The notes beneath the pieces were generated by a model that saw only the letters and a program-made list of their open reading frames with translations, had not been told where the DNA came from and made no database searches. This document shows, in pieces, positions 60,588 through 64,000 of a stretch of DNA of 64,000 nucleotides. The stretch comes from an uncultured Gemmatimonadales bacterium (GTDB taxonomy: Bacteria > Gemmatimonadota > Gemmatimonadetes > Gemmatimonadales > Gemmatimonadaceae), in NCBI GenBank assembly GCA_963850905.1, contig CAWKMU010000004.1:512001-576000 (forward strand), given 5' to 3'. The position numbers and the translations under genes were made by a program. Positions within the stretch are counted from its first letter, which is position 1, and every line of letters starts with the position of its first letter.

Positions 60588-61808
60588 CTAAGTGTCCCGC
60601 AGTGAGCCGAGGTCGAGGAGGCGCATGACGCATTGTGCAATCATGAGTTCCTCGTCGGTGTGGATGACCCGTACCATCACGCGACCGGTCTCCGGTGAAA
60701 TCACAGGGGCATTGTCTGCATTGCGCGTCGGGTGCAGTGCGATGCCGAGAAAGCCCAGTCCCTCACAGATCCGCTCCCGGATGATCGGCGAATTCTCGCC
60801 AATGCCACCAGCGAATACCACCGTGTCCAATCCGCCAAGCACAGCAGCGAAGGACCCTAACCACTTCTTCGCCTGATAGCAGAACAGCGCCACGGCTTCC
60901 GCCGCCCGCACGTCACGGCGCTCCCGCACGAGCAGATCCCGCAGATCGGAGCTGATCCCTGAAACGCCCAACAGCCCCGACTTATGGTTCACCATCCGCT
61001 GAAATTGCGCCGGAGTCATCCGCTCGGCGCGCGCGAAGTAGTATGGTAGGCCGGGATCCAGATCTCCCGTGCGGGTCCCCATGACCAATCCTGCCGTGGG
61101 CGTGAAACCCATGCTCGTGTCAACGCTTCTGCCGTCGCGCAGGGCGGCCAGGCTGGCGCCATTGCCCAGATGCGCGAGGATCACACGCCCTCGCGTCGCC
61201 TCGGGATCGAGCTCGGCGAGTTTCTCCATTAGAGAAGCATAGGACAGGCCGTGGAAACCGTAACGCTCGACGCCTTTGGCTGCAAAGCGCCGCGGAATCG
61301 GCAGTAGCTTGGCAACTCGCGGCATGGCGCGGTGAAACGCGGTGTCAAAGCACGCCACCTGCGGGAGCCTTGGATGTCGGCCCAGGATCGCCTCAATCAT
61401 TCCGATTTCGCGCCCCAAGTGGTCGGGGTCGTACGGCACGATGCGGTGCAACGCCGCGAGCAGCTTCGGCGTCACCCGCTCCGGCTCGGAATGCGTCATG
61501 CCATGCACCACGCGGTGTCCCACGGCTTCGACTGACGCGAAGACCCGCTGCGTCCCGAGCCAGTCCAGGAGAAAGTCCACCGCCCCGCGGTGGTCGGCGG
61601 CGGCAACGCGGAGGGGCGCCTGTGGCGTACCAACCGAATCGCCGACGAACAAAGCCGTGCGACTCAAGCCAATGCGATCGATTTTTCCTTCGAGTCGTCG
61701 CCGCGGTGTTCTGCGTATATCGTATACCGCGAATCGGATGCTCGACGAGCCGCCGTTGATCGTCAGGACGGATCGAGTGATCTCGAATGGCAGCGCCCTT
61801 ACGCGCAC
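60588..61808 (-). CDS. ackA: Acetate kinase
   Basis: INGGSSS, GHRVVHG, CFDTAFH, RYGFHGLSY, HLGNGAS, TSMGFTP, GGIGEN and TDEE. Confidence 0.92.
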   Translation of the reverse strand: MRVRALPFEITRSVLTINGGSSSIRFAVYDIRRTPRRRLEGKIDRIGLSRTALFVGDSVGTPQAPLRVAAADHRGAVDFLLDWLGTQRVFASVEAVGHRVVHGMTHSEPERVTPKLLAALHRIVPYDPDHLGREIGMIEAILGRHPRLPQVACFDTAFHRAMPRVAKLLPIPRRFAAKGVERYGFHGLSYASLMEKLAELDPEATRGRVILAHLGNGASLAALRDGRSVDTSMGFTPTAGLVMGTRTGDLDPGLPYYFARAERMTPAQFQRMVNHKSGLLGVSGISSDLRDLLVRERRDVRAAEAVALFCYQAKKWLGSFAAVLGGLDTVVFAGGIGENSPIIRERICEGLGFLGIALHPTRNADNAPVISPETGRVMVRVIHTDEELMIAQCVMRLLDLGSLRDT

Positions 61809-61849
61809 GCCAATGGGCGCGAACGTACTTCAGCAGGGTCGAGGTAATT

Positions 61850-62413
61850 TCACGGCAACCATTGGCTAAGTCCCTGCTCACGGTCGCACCACACGGCGGC
61901 CAACATTTGCTCGGCTCGGATGCTGTTTGGCGGGACAATGTGCCGCCCCCACGCGTCGAACCGCGCGGCAATTAAATGGACCCGTGTGCCAGTCGGCACC
62001 TCGTGTCGGACAATGACGTGAGCTGCATCATGAAAGCCGAGCCGCCCGACAAATCGCTCGATGAGCGAACGCCACGCTCGGTCGGTGAGGCAAGCGGCAC
62101 CGAGCAGTGTCAGTGAGACGTGGTATACCGTCTCGTAATGCGATGCCCGTGCGCCGTCCCGACCTGAGAACTCGGCTTCGAGCGCGCGCACGTCGCGGCC
62201 GAGCATCGTCCCCCCCACAATGACGCCACGCACGACCGAAACGGCGACATTGCGAGCACCTGGTCGCGAGGCCACGCCGAACGCAACCCCCAGTGCGGTC
62301 CGGACGGTCCGCGACTGCTCGAGAGTGAGGCGCACTTCATTGTCCTTGTGGGTCGCGGGCGCTAGCCCGATCCAGTGCCGGCGATCGTCGCGTAGCGCCT
62401 CGCTAGACTGCAC
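61850..62413 (-). pseudogene. Degenerate relaxase/mobilisation-nuclease (MobA/VirD2-like) domain
   Basis: VYHVSLTL.....LTD..W.......LGF.....VIVRH.......VHLIA.R pattern; first His of the HUH motif replaced by Arg. Confidence 0.5.
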
Positions 62414-62729
62414 GTCGTTTGGCCGTGTGGTGCCACATCACGAAATGGCCCCGAGAACGATCAATCAGTGAATCAACCGCCCGCCACACAAAGGCGCGCC
62501 GAACGAAGAGCCACGGCACGGAGAGCAGCAGCCCAATGACGAGAAACACGGGGCCTTCTTGTTGGTGAGGCGTGATGTCAGGGTCGGACGCTTATCAACG
62601 CATAGGGCGTGCCACGGCTCAGAGCGCTGTGAAGTCTCGCAGGGTTATCGATGTCGGCGGGGCGATCCTGCGTGGGGTGAGCGCGGCGAGCCCCCGGAGC
62701 AGCGGTGCGACATTGGCAGCTGGACCCGA

Positions 62730-63998
62730 TCATTCCTGATCGAGCGGCAGATGGAACGTGAGTCGAGTCAGCTCACTGACCGCGCACGAGCCAATCCGCG
62801 CGGGAGCGAATTTGTACTGTGGAAGGACTTCGACCACCCGCTTTGTGAGCCAGCCAGTGTTGTCGCGGAGGGAACGGACGCTCTGCGGCACGACGCGGCC
62901 GCGCGTGTCAATGACGCCCGTGAAGGTAGCGGTATCACGTGCGAGCGTGGCCGAGTCATCGGCCAAGGCATCCAAGCAGTGGGAGGGTTTGGGAGCATCC
63001 CACATGATCTCGGTGCACCGCTTCCGGGCGTTGAGCACCGGCCGATCGACGGAATCCAAGGTTGCCGCACGGTCGAGCGACCACTCGGGCACCGCGGCGA
63101 CGCCGATCATCCCCGCCACGGCGTCGCTTGGCGGCGTGCCACTCGACACCATCAAGTGGAGTTGCGCCTCACCGTCCACCGCCCACCCTCGAGGCAGGGC
63201 TGGCAACGCACCGTTCGCCTGGGCCCGCTCGACTGTCGCCAGCACGCTCGTATCAACGGGTCCCGACAACGACGACGCTGCCACCCGCAAGCTCGCCGCG
63301 GACCCGAGCGTGTCTATCTCGAAGACAACTGCGCTCGCAAACACGGGAGCCACCGATGCTCGGCGACGCGGCGGGTCATCGACACTGGCACTATCCGACT
63401 GGCCAGGTTGCGCGCTGAAAACCGGGATCGGCAAATCACTCGGCAGCGCGAACGATCGGCGGATAGCGACGAGCGTGCGCGCAATGAACCGCGACCACGC
63501 CGTATCGGACGCCATCGGCGGACGATGCCCATCCAGCGACGCGTACAGCGGGAGCTGCACGGTGTCTCTGGCCGGCGGTAGCTTGCAGGACGCGTCTGAC
63601 CCGAAGACCGAATGTGCCCGCGGAATGACCACGTCCGCCTCACTATCGGGGATGGCGGCGGCCGCGAGCACCGAATCGCGGGTGAGCGTGATCTGCATCT
63701 CGGTGGCCGCTGATCGCATCGAGACGAGGATCCGCCGCGGTCGATAACCCGCGTGCCGCACCTCGAGAATCTGGTCGGCGGGCGGCGCGCCGAAGTACAC
63801 GAATCGGCCGCTGTCATCGGTCGCGACGATGTTCAAGGATGCGAATCCTCGGACACGCGCTCCGCGGATAGGTGCTCCGTCGGCGCCGACGACGCGCCCA
63901 TTCAAGCGGAGCGTCGAGTCCACGCTCACGGACCGTAACGCCTCCACCTGATCCCCTGGGAATCGCCGCTCAAAGGTCGCAGCCACGACATGATCGTT
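62730..63998 (-). CDS. Carboxypeptidase-regulatory-like domain + TonB-C-like protein, 5'-partial
   Basis: GRVVGADGAPI.GA.V...TDDSGRF...EVRH.GY; C-terminal VIDTRGRV.P.S....F.PA...C.V; frame open to the window edge. Confidence 0.65.
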   Translation of the reverse strand, partial: NDHVVAATFERRFPGDQVEALRSVSVDSTLRLNGRVVGADGAPIRGARVRGFASLNIVATDDSGRFVYFGAPPADQILEVRHAGYRPRRILVSMRSAATEMQITLTRDSVLAAAAIPDSEADVVIPRAHSVFGSDASCKLPPARDTVQLPLYASLDGHRPPMASDTAWSRFIARTLVAIRRSFALPSDLPIPVFSAQPGQSDSASVDDPPRRRASVAPVFASAVVFEIDTLGSAASLRVAASSLSGPVDTSVLATVERAQANGALPALPRGWAVDGEAQLHLMVSSGTPPSDAVAGMIGVAAVPEWSLDRAATLDSVDRPVLNARKRCTEIMWDAPKPSHCLDALADDSATLARDTATFTGVIDTRGRVVPQSVRSLRDNTGWLTKRVVEVLPQYKFAPARIGSCAVSELTRLTFHLPLDQE

Positions 63999-64000
63999 CT

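Noticed and set aside
816..63747. Numerous long antisense or alternate-frame ORFs in the ORF track (e.g. 816-1868, 20428-21534, 32561-33673, 62559-63581)
   Set aside because: They lie opposite or within well-supported genes, are Arg/Ala/Pro-rich with no motifs, and are typical of high-GC shadow ORFs

Overview
GC-rich bacterial chromosomal window of about 60 tightly packed genes. The gene style suggests a soil Gemmatimonadota-like organism, but this is inference only. No rRNA, tRNA, CRISPR array or intact mobile element was seen. From 0 to 39 kb it is mostly accessory metabolism: PQQ dehydrogenase, M1 peptidase, a LysA-like decarboxylase with a VOC protein, a YeiH/SoxB-like/Tat-DsrE-like trio, an RhlE-like helicase, a five-gene DyP peroxidase operon, NDH-2, DUF3300/DUF2950, transketolase, an esterase and a BBE-like oxidase. 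These are interspersed with three short repeat families: GTAG-type REP palindromes, YARCGTC heptamer tandem arrays and a covarying 27-bp hairpin. From 39 to 56 kb is the most interesting block. Two convergent OhrR-like MarR paralogues with no ohr gene sit beside near-consensus sigma70 promoters. These promoters are embedded in 15-bp-phased ATTG-N4-CAAT box arrays and precede small lipoprotein and membrane-protein genes; a further pair of boxes lies upstream of a MacAB-type exporter. The same block contains a coupled module of a small helical protein, a double-domain KaiC-like ATPase with a C-terminal wHTH, and a GAF histidine kinase. From 56 to 64 kb are a P3A-type H+-ATPase, phosphoketolase with acetate kinase, a degenerate relaxase-like ORF and a partial TonB-like gene. 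Four genes carry single-base +1 insertions, most likely sequencing errors. All family calls come from reading motifs by eye; no database searches were run.
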